A DNA stretch of 64,000 nt from an uncultured virus (IMG/VR IMGVR_UViG_3300017747_004058) (Duplodnaviria; Heunggongvirae; Uroviricota; Caudoviricetes), in IMG/VR virus record IMGVR_UViG_3300017747_004058; one strand, given 5' to 3'. Each line of letters opens with the position of its first letter. The first letter of the stretch is position 1. This document shows, in pieces, positions 19,031 to 31,400 of the stretch. The notes beneath the pieces are model-generated. The model worked only from the letters and a program-made list of their open reading frames with translations, did no database searches and was not told the DNA's origin. The position numbers and the translations under genes were made by a program.

Positions 19031-20146
19031 ATGCCGTCAAATGCTATTCTCTCCCCCAGTTCTGCCTACATGGGCCACGGTAACCATGAAGGCGGTTTTC
19101 GGGTAAACGTTCGATTCACTGGACAGCTCGCTGCGGGACGCTTTTTGCTTGGCGGCAATCCGTCTTTGCCGGCTGCTTTCACTCCCGGTTTGAGCATGAG
19201 AAACATGCTGGAGCCCGTTGCCGGCCTGTGCAATGACGGGAACACGGTGGCTGTGGCTGACAGTATTTTGCGGTACGGGCCGGTGACTGCCTGCACTGTC
19301 ACTAGCGGTGTTTGCACGGTGACCATTGCTACCGGACATGACCTGCTCCCTGGTGAATTCGTGGCTATTCGACGCGTACTGGGAGCGGTGGAAGCCAACG
19401 GCACTTACATTCAAGTGGCCAGTGTGCCGAGTGATACGACCTTCACGTTCCCTTTGGCGTCAGTAACGGCGTTTAGCACCAGCGCTGACAGCATTGTCGA
19501 AGTCCGCCGGCCGTTTCCCGACATGGTGATTAGCGCCATGAACGTGACCACTGCGACCTTCACGACCAGCGCGGCGCACGAGCTGGCTGTGGGAGATCAG
19601 GTGTTTATTACGCGCATTACGGGCATTACGGGGCAGGTGTTTCAACGGCAAGTACAGACGGTCGCCACGGTTCCCAGTTCGACTACGTTCACTCTGGCTG
19701 GGCTATCATCTGTGGGGGGATCGGCAACTGTGACCAATGCCAAGTGCATCCTAGTCAATAGTGCACGCGCCTTCTACCAAATCAGTTTGTTCCGGCCGCG
19801 GAGTTTGCCAATTGTGAGCGTCAGCAATGCGGCACTGGCTTTATTCACGACGCAGGATGCTCACGGTTTGCAAGTGGGGCAAGTGGTTGAGAGCGCCATG
19901 ATCGGCACTACGGTAAGCACCAGTGGTCTCAAACGTGTCCGCACTACGCCGCTTGCCACTACGTTCACCCTGGAAGAACTGGACGGTACGCTGGTCACCG
20001 GCGTGGGTACTACGATCACCGGCAACGTAGGCCATGTCGCTGGGTTCTTGCAGGTGCCGGATGGCTTGCGATGTGAGTCCATTGGGTCGCTGTTCATTCC
20101 TATCGCGCCAAACCAAGCGCGGTTCGTTGGGCCGCTGAACCTTTAA
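19031..20146 (+). CDS. Virion protein with three repeated beta modules (E1-FCCH-like)
   Basis: Three copies of T..AH.L..G..V...V..VP..TTFT. Confidence 0.6.
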   Translation: MPSNAILSPSSAYMGHGNHEGGFRVNVRFTGQLAAGRFLLGGNPSLPAAFTPGLSMRNMLEPVAGLCNDGNTVAVADSILRYGPVTACTVTSGVCTVTIATGHDLLPGEFVAIRRVLGAVEANGTYIQVASVPSDTTFTFPLASVTAFSTSADSIVEVRRPFPDMVISAMNVTTATFTTSAAHELAVGDQVFITRITGITGQVFQRQVQTVATVPSSTTFTLAGLSSVGGSATVTNAKCILVNSARAFYQISLFRPRSLPIVSVSNAALALFTTQDAHGLQVGQVVESAMIGTTVSTSGLKRVRTTPLATTFTLEELDGTLVTGVGTTITGNVGHVAGFLQVPDGLRCESIGSLFIPIAPNQARFVGPLNL

Positions 20147-20194
20147 TGGTTTGCTAAGCTGGTAAAGTCTGCTGCTGAGGGCTAGGTGCTAGTC

Positions 20195-20236
20195 AGGGCC
20201 TTAAGGATTCAACCTCCTTGGGGCCCTTAATTATTT
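20195..20236 (+). terminator. Probable terminator hairpin
   Basis: AGGGCCTTAAGGA-TTCAACC-TCCTTGGGGCCCT followed by TAATTATTT. Confidence 0.55.
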
Positions 20237-20253
20237 CATGGGACAATACCCGT

Positions 20254-22257
20254 ATGCCGCTATTCGTTGGTGACTTGCCCCCTATTAAAATACGGGAATT
20301 TACTGGCCTCTCGGGCGAGTACGGCTATGAATCCCTAAGCGAGTCAGACGCCAGCCAAGCAGACAACATAGAGTTTTGGGCAGGAAACCCTGGCACTCGC
20401 CGGGGCTTTGAGCAGCACCTAACCCTTAGCGCGACAAACTCCCCCACTTGGATGCGCAACTGGATCGGCGCGGACTATAATAACCTGCTCGTGTTTAGTA
20501 AGGCTGACCGGCAACTACGCCTTAAGCTGCAAACGGGAGCGCTCACCGAATCGCTACTAAAGACCTTTGCCGCCGGGGAGACCGTTGATTGCGCTTTGGA
20601 CGGGACATTCGCTTATGTAGCTCCCTATTCCCTAAACGCGACCAGCGGATTGCCTGACGGCGTAGCGGACCCGGTGGCCATATGTCCTGACCCGGCGAAC
20701 CCTGGCAGCTTAGTGGTGGATAATCTCTGGCCGGCGGACCCTGGAGCGGCGTCTATTACGGGTGCGAGCGCCACATTCGTGAGCGCTGGCGGGGCAAATA
20801 CCCCCATGACCGACCGGAAAATCATCTTCATCTGGTACACGCGGTCGGGGTTCTTGTGCAAGCCTATTTTTCCTGGGCAGACAGGGGAATACCCCTTAAC
20901 TTTCACGACCGTAAATGGTCTTTACCTTATTCAGTTCCAAATCCCTAATGCCCTGGATCAACAGTACCGTGGCTGTTACATAGCCATGAACACGGCGGCG
21001 AATCCAAGCCAGTTCTTTATCTTGCCGCAGCGCTACGACCGTGTATACCCCACCGGCCCTACTTTTGGGTTTGTTTTGGATCTCTCCGACGCCAGTATTG
21101 CGCAATACGAGGACGCCACCAATCTAGGCTTTGAGTTCGTACAAGGGAGTCCTTATACGATTCGACCGCACGCTATTACGCCGTATAAGGACCGGATGGC
21201 TTATTTGGCCAACGTACCCAATTCAGTGAACGCCTCCGGCACCAAGCAGACAGGTATATTTGTGTCGGACGCGGGCCAGCCGCAGAACATAGCTATTGAT
21301 CGGTCCCTTATTTCGCTGCCCGACGCTAAGGTCGCCTGCGCTGTTCGTCAAGTAAAGGATGTGCTGGCGATTTTTGGCCCCAGCTACACCTATGGCGTTT
21401 ATGCCACAGCCGACGACCCCGTGAACTGGGCTACGCCGCAGCTTATCGACGGGGCCGTGGGAGCCAATCGCCCTGACTGTGTGTTCTCCAGTTCTAAAGG
21501 GTATTTATGGGTGGCTAGCACGGCTGGAACGTATCAATTTGATGGGCACTCCTACACAGACTTGCCCATGAACTACAAGCAACTTGACCTTTGGCGACGC
21601 ATCAATTGGAAAGCACCAGCTAATTCCATCCAAATCGACGAAGACATCGACAATCACCAGCTCATTGTGCGCGTGCCCTTAGACGCTGCCACTGAGCCCA
21701 CGCACTTGTTCGTTTGGAACTACTTTAATGATGAACGGCAGTTAAGAAATTCCGTATGGACACTTCCTAATTGGGCAACGAGTGCGAGCTGCATACTAAT
21801 TGACCCGGCCACTAATCAAAAACGCTACGCAGTTGGCTACTCCAGCGGCGGCACTCGTGCCATTTGGAAACAACGTCTATTCGATTCCACCTTGGCGGAT
21901 CTGTTTAAGGATGGCGCGGATCTAGTGGCGTTCAATTACGCGCATGCCCCTTTGCCTGGGCCGGGGGATAATCGTGCCGGCGTGAAGACGCACAAGCTGG
22001 TGCAAATTCGTTGCATTCTACAGGGTTCTCTGCAAGTCTACATGCAAGACCTAAACCGCACTCGCACTCGCACGTACAATACCTACACTGGCAGCAACGA
22101 TGAAAACACCAAGACCATCAGCCAGTACATCGACATCCAGTCCCCGGCCGCAGTTATTGGTGTCCAGGGGACCGGCGGATTTAGAATTTTTGAGCTTGAT
22201 CTTTTTAGCGCGAACTGGATCGTCAAGGGCGGAACTGACTTCCTCACTGGAACTTAA
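20254..22257 (+). CDS. Putative tail nozzle/stabilisation protein (beta-propeller, P22 gp10/T7 gp12-like)
   Basis: N-terminal F.GL...ADNIEF...RRG pattern, beta-rich, precedes ejection-type genes. Confidence 0.55.
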   Translation: MPLFVGDLPPIKIREFTGLSGEYGYESLSESDASQADNIEFWAGNPGTRRGFEQHLTLSATNSPTWMRNWIGADYNNLLVFSKADRQLRLKLQTGALTESLLKTFAAGETVDCALDGTFAYVAPYSLNATSGLPDGVADPVAICPDPANPGSLVVDNLWPADPGAASITGASATFVSAGGANTPMTDRKIIFIWYTRSGFLCKPIFPGQTGEYPLTFTTVNGLYLIQFQIPNALDQQYRGCYIAMNTAANPSQFFILPQRYDRVYPTGPTFGFVLDLSDASIAQYEDATNLGFEFVQGSPYTIRPHAITPYKDRMAYLANVPNSVNASGTKQTGIFVSDAGQPQNIAIDRSLISLPDAKVACAVRQVKDVLAIFGPSYTYGVYATADDPVNWATPQLIDGAVGANRPDCVFSSSKGYLWVASTAGTYQFDGHSYTDLPMNYKQLDLWRRINWKAPANSIQIDEDIDNHQLIVRVPLDAATEPTHLFVWNYFNDERQLRNSVWTLPNWATSASCILIDPATNQKRYAVGYSSGGTRAIWKQRLFDSTLADLFKDGADLVAFNYAHAPLPGPGDNRAGVKTHKLVQIRCILQGSLQVYMQDLNRTRTRTYNTYTGSNDENTKTISQYIDIQSPAAVIGVQGTGGFRIFELDLFSANWIVKGGTDFLTGT

Positions 22258-22456
22258 CGACCAGGAAAGCAGAGATGTTGTTCGTTGCTGGCAGGAGATC
22301 GATGCAGCACTTGTTCCTGGGAGTTTGGGAGCGGCGATAGGCTACTTTGACTGGATCTTTGAGCTTTATCTGATACTAAGCACTGCCCGTTCTCGCCAGC
22401 GTTTAATAAACCCAAACTCAACAAACTAAACCTCTTCCGGATGCCATAATATACCC

Positions 22457-24061
22457 ATGGCGTCATACATGGAAAGGCTGCTCGACGACAACCGGCAACG
22501 GGTAAACCGTCGTGGGGATGAACTCGATCAAGCCGAGCGTGACGAGTATGGCCGACGCGGCAACCTGGAAGACAATTACCGGGAGCGCGGCGATGACATC
22601 TTTAACCGATATGTGAATGAGGGTGGCTATACTCCTGAAGAAGCCGCGCTTATTAACGACCAGAACATCGGCGGCCTGGGCTACACGGGCGACGAGTATA
22701 ACGACCAGTTCCTAAGCGAGGGGGAGCAGCGCAATATCACTGGCAATGCCCGATCTTTCATGGATCGGTTCCAGCCGGAGCAAAGCAATCGCGTATTTGA
22801 AGCCGGGGCCAATAACCGCCGGGGAGCATTAAACAGGCTCCGCACGGAACAGGACCGTGGGATTAACACCATTGGCGAGTCCATTGGCGACGATCTGCAA
22901 ATGGACAGCGGCTACGGCGGTAGGTTAAGAGGTGCGGTCAATGCTGGCGGCAGCACTCAACGGGGGGTCATTAACGAAGGAGGCAGCGCTCAGCGCGGGA
23001 TCGTAAACCGGCTCACCGGTCAATTGGACGGCACCGTGGACCCTGGCTTGAGAGCCAGCAGTGAGTACCTAAACACCATGCGGGTGAGCCCCCGCGAGCA
23101 GCAAGAAATCGAGCAGTCCGGTTCGGGCGCTATTCGCCGGCAGTCCGAAATGCTAGCTGACCAAGTGACGCGGCGGGCGTCGGCCAGTGGGAATTCCAAC
23201 CCCCTGGCTATTAGCAGTGCGCTAGGCCGTATGCGGGCCCAGAGTGCCAACGATATCGCTGAAGCTGGTCTAAGGGGTAAGCTTGCTGCCAGCAGTGCCG
23301 TTCGCCAAGCAGAAGAGGCCCGTGAAGGCCGCCGCATGCAGGGAGACACCGCATACTCTGACGCCGGGTATCGGGCGTTTACTGGCGCTGCTGACCGTGG
23401 TCTGGATACGGAGCGCGGCCAGCAACAAGCGCGTTTGGGTGTGGAACAAGGAATTGCTGACCGTAACTTGGGCGTAGAAGAGACCCTAGAGAATACTCGC
23501 TTGGGTGCCGCCCGTGACGTGTCGAATCGCCGCGCCGGGTATGGGCAAGCACAAGCAGACGCCGGGTATCGCGCCGGTCAAGCTGACCTGGGCAATGAGG
23601 CGGATATCGCTCAAGGGTCCAGTGAAATGGACCGGTATAACCAGCGCACGGCGATGGACAACGAGCGCGGAGCCGAGCGGGAGGAGTCTGATCGTGCAGG
23701 GACTATTGCAGGGAACCGGCAGGCGGCCTCTCGCTACGGGAGCGAGCAAAGATACGGCCGCGGCATGGGAGTAGCGGGGTACAGACAGCAGGCAGGCAGT
23801 GCTCTAGGTAATGCCCGTCGCGCTGATCGGGACACGGGTGCTGGATATTTTGAACGCCAGCAGCGCACCCAGCAGCAGGGTCGTGATAACGCCGCCGGCC
23901 GTAGACAAGCCACATACGGCACACAAACTGGCGGGAACGCTACCAATGCGAGCCAGACCATGGAGAATAACGAGAACACTAGCCTGTTCAACAAGTTCCT
24001 TAAGGTGGGCAATATGGCGGCTAATGCTGGCAGTGCTGTGGCCGGCTTTAGAAGACGGTAA
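22457..24061 (+). CDS. Putative DNA ejection/pilot protein
   Basis: G/A/R/Q-rich, helical, no Cys; position typical of podoviral internal virion proteins. Confidence 0.5.
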   Translation: MASYMERLLDDNRQRVNRRGDELDQAERDEYGRRGNLEDNYRERGDDIFNRYVNEGGYTPEEAALINDQNIGGLGYTGDEYNDQFLSEGEQRNITGNARSFMDRFQPEQSNRVFEAGANNRRGALNRLRTEQDRGINTIGESIGDDLQMDSGYGGRLRGAVNAGGSTQRGVINEGGSAQRGIVNRLTGQLDGTVDPGLRASSEYLNTMRVSPREQQEIEQSGSGAIRRQSEMLADQVTRRASASGNSNPLAISSALGRMRAQSANDIAEAGLRGKLAASSAVRQAEEAREGRRMQGDTAYSDAGYRAFTGAADRGLDTERGQQQARLGVEQGIADRNLGVEETLENTRLGAARDVSNRRAGYGQAQADAGYRAGQADLGNEADIAQGSSEMDRYNQRTAMDNERGAEREESDRAGTIAGNRQAASRYGSEQRYGRGMGVAGYRQQAGSALGNARRADRDTGAGYFERQQRTQQQGRDNAAGRRQATYGTQTGGNATNASQTMENNENTSLFNKFLKVGNMAANAGSAVAGFRRR

Positions 24062-24071
24062 GGAGTAAACC

Positions 24072-25439
24072 ATGGGACTCGTAGCCAGCATTCGTCGCGC
24101 TAAGGAACTGCAACAGTACGGCGGTCCAGGGATCATGGATCGCTGGAGTGAGGAGCCGTATAAGTACGACGACAGCGATGAAGACCCCGGTATCGCGATT
24201 GACCAGGACGAGGGTGATTCACGCTCGTACACTCCAGCCGAGGAGGACACGCGGAATGATTCGCCGGTAAAGACCCACATGGTTGCGCAACGTAGCCGCC
24301 AAGCACTCCCCAGCGACGACGACGAGGATTATAAAGACTCTGTAAAGCGGCTACGCGAGTACCAGACCAAAATCTCTGCCCCGCCACCTAAGCAAAAGGT
24401 AAGCCCCATGCGCTGGATCTTGGGAGCCGCGGCGGGCGCATTCTCTCCTGACCTAGGCGCGGAGATCATCCATGGCAAGCACCGTCGCAACATGGAGCAG
24501 TACAGAGACACGCTTGAAGCCAATAAAGAAGCTGCCGGCGTGGAAGAAAAGGTTGGGACTATCTTGCAGCGTCGGCAGGCATCGCGGGATAGTGCCGCGG
24601 CACGAGCTAATGCGGCTGAGCAAGCCAGCCAAACGGCGCAGGCGCTACGTGAGCAAAAAGGCCGTCTGGACGTTATCGCTAAACGCGGCCGTCTATTAGG
24701 CCCTGGCCAAGGCCCAAGCCCTGGCTACACGGAGATCGCAGTCGGTACGGACCGTTACGAAATCCCTGTAGATGAAAGCCTCATGAAGCGGGAAAAAATT
24801 GATCCCAGTGTCATTAAGGAGTTGAACCAACTGCGAGCCCGGTACAGGGAGCTGGCTAGACTAGCGCCGCCTGACATGCCAGTGGACCCAGCTGAAGACG
24901 ACTTTGAGCTGTCCAAGGACGGCATGTATCATAGCGGAACTACTAAGCAGGTCACCATGGGCGCGAATAGTTTGCGTCGGGCGATTATGACCCTACAAGA
25001 GGGGATTGAGAACCGGAAGAATGCTAAGACGATTGCGAGTAATCGTGATGCTAACAATTTAAAAATGACGGGCATGCGAGTGGCGGTTAAGGGCACTGGC
25101 AAGGCCGGCGCGGTTAAAGACAGCAGTGACCAAATCACCAAAGATAAAGCAACCGCACTGGCCGCCGCTGAAAAGGTTTATGCGGCCGCTATAGCTAAAG
25201 CTGCGAATAATCCGGAGGCACAAAAGCAGGCTCTTGATGCCTTAAACAAGGCAAAGAAACTGGCACAGGAGACCTATGTGGCGCGGGCAAATGCCAATGG
25301 GTCCCGTTTGCGTAATAAGGTGGGCGGGCCTGCACAGACGGACAAGGTTAAAGTTAAGTCACCAAAAGGTCAAGAGGGTCTTGTGCCGCGTGCAAGGTTG
25401 CAAGAGTACATTAGCGCCGGGTATTCAGAGGTTAAGTAA
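24072..25439 (+). CDS. Putative ejection/internal virion protein
   Basis: SD AAGGAG; short hydrophobic segment plus coiled coils. Confidence 0.5.
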   Translation: MGLVASIRRAKELQQYGGPGIMDRWSEEPYKYDDSDEDPGIAIDQDEGDSRSYTPAEEDTRNDSPVKTHMVAQRSRQALPSDDDEDYKDSVKRLREYQTKISAPPPKQKVSPMRWILGAAAGAFSPDLGAEIIHGKHRRNMEQYRDTLEANKEAAGVEEKVGTILQRRQASRDSAAARANAAEQASQTAQALREQKGRLDVIAKRGRLLGPGQGPSPGYTEIAVGTDRYEIPVDESLMKREKIDPSVIKELNQLRARYRELARLAPPDMPVDPAEDDFELSKDGMYHSGTTKQVTMGANSLRRAIMTLQEGIENRKNAKTIASNRDANNLKMTGMRVAVKGTGKAGAVKDSSDQITKDKATALAAAEKVYAAAIAKAANNPEAQKQALDALNKAKKLAQETYVARANANGSRLRNKVGGPAQTDKVKVKSPKGQEGLVPRARLQEYISAGYSEVK

Positions 25440-28400
25440 TGCCGCAGAAACCCCGCACCCTGGAAGAAGACTTTGAGCCCATTGAAAGCACGGCAAGTAA
25501 AAAGACTCGCACCCTAGAAGAGGACTTTGAGTCCATTGACACACCCGAACCGGAACCGGCCGCCAAGCCCAATCAACCAGAACTAAACATCCCTGGCACC
25601 AAGGAGCTAGGACTCCCCGGCTTGTCCTATGTTTCTGGCGTCCGGCCGCAAGAGCACCCTTCCGGTGGCAAGATGCTCCTAGAGAAGGCCAAGGAAGCCG
25701 GCCGCACCGCCTGGGAGACCGTCACCAAGCCGCCGGCACAGGGCATGCACGAAGCATTGGGCACCCCGAACCCGGAAGACGCTACACTCACGGGGGCCTA
25801 TAACCGGGCCAGTGATTCCGCGGCCAAACTTGCTGAACCCATTACCAAGCCGGTGCTCAGGTTCCTGGACAAAGACAAGGTATTCAATACGGGGCAGACC
25901 GTTCGTGGGGCAGCTGCCTTTGCCGATGAACTGGGCCGCGGAGTCGCTGGCGTAGGTGATTTTGCTACGAGTCCCGTGGGCGTGGCACTGCCTGCTGTGG
26001 GCCGTATGCTTCCCCCGGCTGCTCATGCGGCCATTGGCGCTGGATTCGCCGCTGACATGGCTAATCCCACTGCTGAAGCCATCAGAGAAGCGGCCGATAA
26101 CCCTAATGCTCGTAACACGTCCAAAGCAGTCGTGCAGTCCTTGATGATGGGGCTTCCCTTGGTGCAAGCTGGAGCAACAGAACGTGGCAATCGCACTCGC
26201 GCAAGGGAAATGGATGGACAGGAAACCATTCGCACCCAGCGTGCCATGGATGAGGCTGATAATCGCTCAGCGATGAATCTCCTGGAGCAGGATGCAGCGA
26301 ATAGGGCTGTGCAGGCCCAGCGCGGTGAAATAGCCACTGCCCAAGGACTGGTAAGGAACTCCCGCCGGTTGCGCAATAAGCTGCAAGAGGCCGCGCCGCC
26401 AGTAGAATTACCTGTTAATGAGTCCGTCACGCCCGAGCCGCCGCCGGTGGAGCTGTCCCAGGCCCAGGCTCCCCAGGTCCAAGCCCCTCAGGCCCCCCAA
26501 GTAAGCATCCAACCGGACACTGCTCCTATTGGGCCCATATTCCATGGTGCAGAATCTCCCGGCACGCATCAGTTCACCACGGCTGGACGTAATCTTTTGC
26601 AGTTCAGCGCGGACCCTAACGAAGCTGCCACCTACGGACAGGTGAGCGAGTATGCCCCCCGGCCGGATGCTAAGGTGAGCAAGATCTCCGGCACCGCCGA
26701 ACAGGTGGCAAAGGCTCTTTACTCCGGGGATGTTCCTAATGGCATCTTGCGCGTGGAGATCCTGGACGGCCAAGGGAATGTTGTTCGCTCCGACATCATG
26801 GGCGAGCCGCAATTTTTTGAGCGGGTGAACAAACCCGTTGAACGGCCGGCAGAAGCAGTCCAAAATGCGCCCGTGGAAGCGCCGCCTGTTTCCCAGGTGC
26901 CGGAACCCCAGCAAACCCTATTCGAGCCTCCAGCGCCCCAGCCAGTGCCAGCAGCGGCCATTCAGGAAACTCCTCCTAGCGAGCCCGTGGCTCCTGTTGC
27001 GCCTAAACAGGCTGCGCCCCCGCCCCCGGTATTGCCCCCAGCGCCGAATACATTCATTGGACCCAATAAGCAGGACGTGCCCTTTACTTACCGGGTGAGA
27101 TCCGCCCGCGAGATCGGCACCAGTTTCTCCCCTGATGCCGACCCCGCATTCCAGAACAGGGAAACCCGCGTAGGGGCTGAAGGCTCTAGCACTGGCGTAA
27201 ACGTCGCCTCTCGCATGCGCATTAATGAGCGCAAGAGCGACATGGATTACCGCATGATGGCGGATAGTCCGCAGGCTGGTAGTGGAGCAAGCATTGTATG
27301 GACTGACGAGACCGGCCGTACGCATCGTCTTACGCGCAACCACGGTACCAAGGCGCTACAGGAACTATATGAAGAGGGGGGAGCATTAGCCGAAAAATAC
27401 AAGCAGGATCTTATTGCCGACGCCCCTCGCCTAGGCTTGGACCCAGAGCAAATTAAGTCCATTCCAGACCCCATCCTGGAGCGTGAAATTGCCACGCCTA
27501 TGGACCGCGCCGCGGCCGTTGACTTAGTGGACTTCGCTAACGTACCCACTACGGCAAAGATGACCGCAGTAGAACGCGCTAAGATTATCGCCCGCCGCCT
27601 GACGCCTGAAAAGCTTAGGAGCCTTAACGTAACAGAGGACGGCGTATTCGATCCTGAGTTCGTCCGTATCGTATTCGGTGACATGACGACCGAAGAGCGG
27701 AATGATCTCATGCAAACCGATGGGACCATTTCCATGGACGGACAGACCGCCTTGCGTAATGCCATTTTGGCTAAGGCGTACCCGAATAGCACTGTCCTGG
27801 AGCGGGCGGCAAAGTCTACGGATGCGGAGATTCAGTCCATTGTCACTGGGCTTACTAAGGCGGCCCCAGAGGTTGCCAGATTGCAGGCGCAAATTGAGTC
27901 CGGCGAACGGTATGACCTTGGGTTAGCTGAAGAGCTTTCTCGCGCCGCGGAGACTACTGCTGAATTGCGCAGGTCTGGCCGTCCGGTAGCAGAATGGGCC
28001 GTACAAAAGGATGTTCCAGGGTTTGAGCAGTCCCCCATTGTGCGTGACATGGTGCAGGTGTTTGACAGCCTGAAACGTGCCCCTAATCGCATTGCGGACC
28101 TTATTTCCCGTTACGTGGATGAAGCCAATGCGGCTGGTGACCCCAGACAGAGTGGCATGTTTGGCGAGGCTGAGCCGCCCAATAAGCAGGGCATCTGGGA
28201 ACGGGCCCTTGGTACATTCCTGGCTGAAGACGAGATTAAGCAGGCAGAGATAGAGGCCAAGAAAAAGAAGACCGCCAGTCCCAGTCTATTGGATGACCCT
28301 GACCTTGTTAAGGCGCAGTCCGTTTTTCAAAGGCAGATTGCGCGGCTGACCAAGAACGGCGACGAGGCCAGCAAACGCCTAAGAAACGCGGACACGGCGT

Positions 28401-31400
28401 CCTTTGGCGGCACGGGCATGATCTCCGACATTGCGCAAGTGATTGCTGCGGACATTGCTCGCGGTTTCATGCGGTTTAGGGACGTAGCGGCCTGGGTAAT
28501 GGAGCGCTATGGAGAGCCGGCGGTTGCATGGCTTAAGGAGATTACTGAGCGCGTACAGAACCTACTCCCAGAAGAAACCAGAGAGCAATCGCTTAGGCGC
28601 GAACTAGCCTACCAGCAATTAAGTGCGGCCAAGGAGAAGTTCAACGGCCGTATCCGTGACATGGCTACGCGCCTAAATAGCCCGAATCCTGCGGAGCTGA
28701 TTAAGATTTCTGTTGAGATTGGCCTTGCGTACATGAAGGCCGGTGTAGATAACTTTGAGATTTTCTCAGAGCGTCTTTTGCGGGAAGCTGGGCAAGCAGC
28801 AGAGGAAATTCGGCCGCACTTAAAGAGTATTTATAACTCGTCGCTGCGAAGCTTTAATGAGTTTAAGAAGCGTCAAGCGGCCGCCCGCTTACCAGAGGCC
28901 CAGCAGCTAGATAAGCTTCTCACGCGCCAAGCCAAGCGCGAACGGGCGCAGAAGCTCTCCGGCTCCATTAAGGGCATTGGTACCAGCGAGTACGCCATAA
29001 GCCCTAATCATGAAGAGTCTATGCGGGCCTGGATTAAAAAACAACCAGAAGGCATGCAACCGGCGCTATTAAAGACCCTGGAAAGCTATGCCAAAGCCAC
29101 GCCCAGTGAAGTAGAGGGCTTCGTAAAGCTCCAGGAAGCCGTAGTCAAGGCCGCCGGCATGGACGCTGCCGCGAACTTGTCCGTTATTAGCCGTGAAGCA
29201 GCTATTGACTCCATGACTTCTAACCGCGTGCTCATGGCGGTGGCAATTAGCGCACTTAAAGACATGGGTGAAAAGATCACCCATATGAATGACGCGCTGG
29301 GTAAGATAAACCCCATCGAGCAACCCACTGCCTATGCCGAGCTAGACCTTAAGGTGCGTAAGGCCATTGCCGAGCAGGAAAAGATGTACGACCGGATTGC
29401 GCAGACTAAGACTAACATTGGCCGGTCGTTGAATGCGCTTAAATTGAACGTCGCCCAAGCTGGGTTCGGTGATATTGACCATTGGTTAAAGGTTGCGCGG
29501 CGTAAAGCAGGAATCTTGCAAGGTACGCCCCTGCCGGACCATATTGTTCGCGGCTTAAATAAGGTGGTCTCGGACGGTAAGGCCAATGAAACGGCCGCAA
29601 AGCTGGATGCTATAAAGCCGCGTATTAATGCGGCAAGCGGTAAAGAGTATGATGCCATTCAGGATGAAAAGGACTACGGCAGTCCTAAGCCAGCACCCAA
29701 GCCGGCACCCAAACCTAAGTTAAGGCAAAAGCTGGACCTCGCAGAACAGGATGCACTTAAGGAGATTCAAAAGCTATTAGCGGGTGCGGCAAGCACTCTT
29801 AGCGCTGGTCCTGGCATGGCAGCAGAATTGCTGGCCGCCTATGCCAAGCTGGGCGCTATTAAGATCGCCAAAGGTTCCCTAGACTTCGCTGAATGGAGCC
29901 GGGAAATGGTCTTCGCGGCCGGTGAACAGGTAAAGCCGCACTTGGACGCTATTTGGCAGAAGTCCAAGGCTGCCTATGATGAACAATGGAAAAACTACGA
30001 CCCGGACGCCTTTGGGGATTCCTTTACTGCCGGGGAGCAAACGCCCATATTCCCCGAACCTGCTAAGCCGCCGGTCAAGTTTAGTGAGAGCATCAAGCCT
30101 ATTAAGCCCGGTGAGCAGGGGGAATTGCTACCCACCAGAGAGGCCCCCGGCGAACACTTAAAAGATGGGGAGATCAAGCCCATTAAGCCTGGGCCGCAAG
30201 AGGAGCTATTTCCTAAACCGCCTGCCAAGCCAGTAACATTCAGCGACACGCCTATTGAGCCCGTAATTGGGTTCCAGTCGGACTTCATTAACTTGCTGCC
30301 CGAGAGCACTCGTAGAACGCGCATTGAAGAGTTCAACGAGGGCGTGCGGCTGGCTAAATTCATCGCTCAGCAAGCAATGAAAGAGCAGGCCAATTCGCCC
30401 ATGGCGTTGCTGGAGAAGGCCACTGCGGAGGCCATTAGGCATTACCAAGGTATGATCGACCGGGCATACGAACCCGCACGGCCGCCCAAGTATAGTGAGG
30501 AGATTCAACAGGCGGTAAGCGACAATCCCCGCGTAAAAATGCTCGAAAAGGAATGGAACCGCATCCTGGAAGAGCGTAAGCGCAACGAGCCCGCGCCCAC
30601 GAGCGAGGAGAAAATTGAACGGTTTATCAAGGGCCGGCAAAAATGGATTGACGACCAATGGGATAAGATACGGAGCAGCAATCCCCAGGAAAAAGAACAA
30701 ATCGTAAGTAAATGGCAGCTCACACCGGAAGAGCGTGCCAAGGCTATGCGAGATCCGCGGGTAGGAGAGAATTACACAGAGCTGGCTATTCTGCTCTCCC
30801 GTCTGGGCCGGACAACGCCCTTGGAAGCCTATGGGAACTTTCTACGTGCCAATGTGCTGTCTATTGGCGGACCGGTTATTGGTGCCTTTATTCCCGAGAA
30901 GAAGCAAAACGCGCGAGCGGCAGCGTATTTGGCCAGCGGTTCCCAATTGGGAAATTTACTGGGCAACTCATCCAAGTACACGGTGTACCAAGCTTCTCAG
31001 CTATTGAGTGCCGGCATGGAGGACGCCCTAAGCTTAGTGAGCAATAAGCCTTACCAAGCACGGACGGCCGGCTTAATCCGCCACGCCAAGCGGGCTGCTA
31101 TTGAATCGTATAAGGAGTTCTGGCCGGCCTATTTGGAAATCTTAAAGTATGGCGCTACCCGTGAGCAGCTAGGCAAGATGGACTTCTCCCGTATGCAGAA
31201 CACGGAAGGACTCCTGCCCGAGCGTGTGGGCAAGTTCGTGCCCAAGAAGCTTCAGGACGGCTGGGATCTGCACGTAAATAGCATTTACGGATCACTGGGC
31301 GCGGCCGATCTCCTATTTAAGAAGGCCATTCAAAAGCAAGTAATCGCCAGCATGGTGGAGCGCGAAGGGCTTAAGGAACCTACAGCGGCTATCATACAAA

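Noticed and set aside
22254..22466. Short ORFs on either strand between the nozzle and ejection genes
   Set aside because: No RBS or recognisable protein features; left unassigned.
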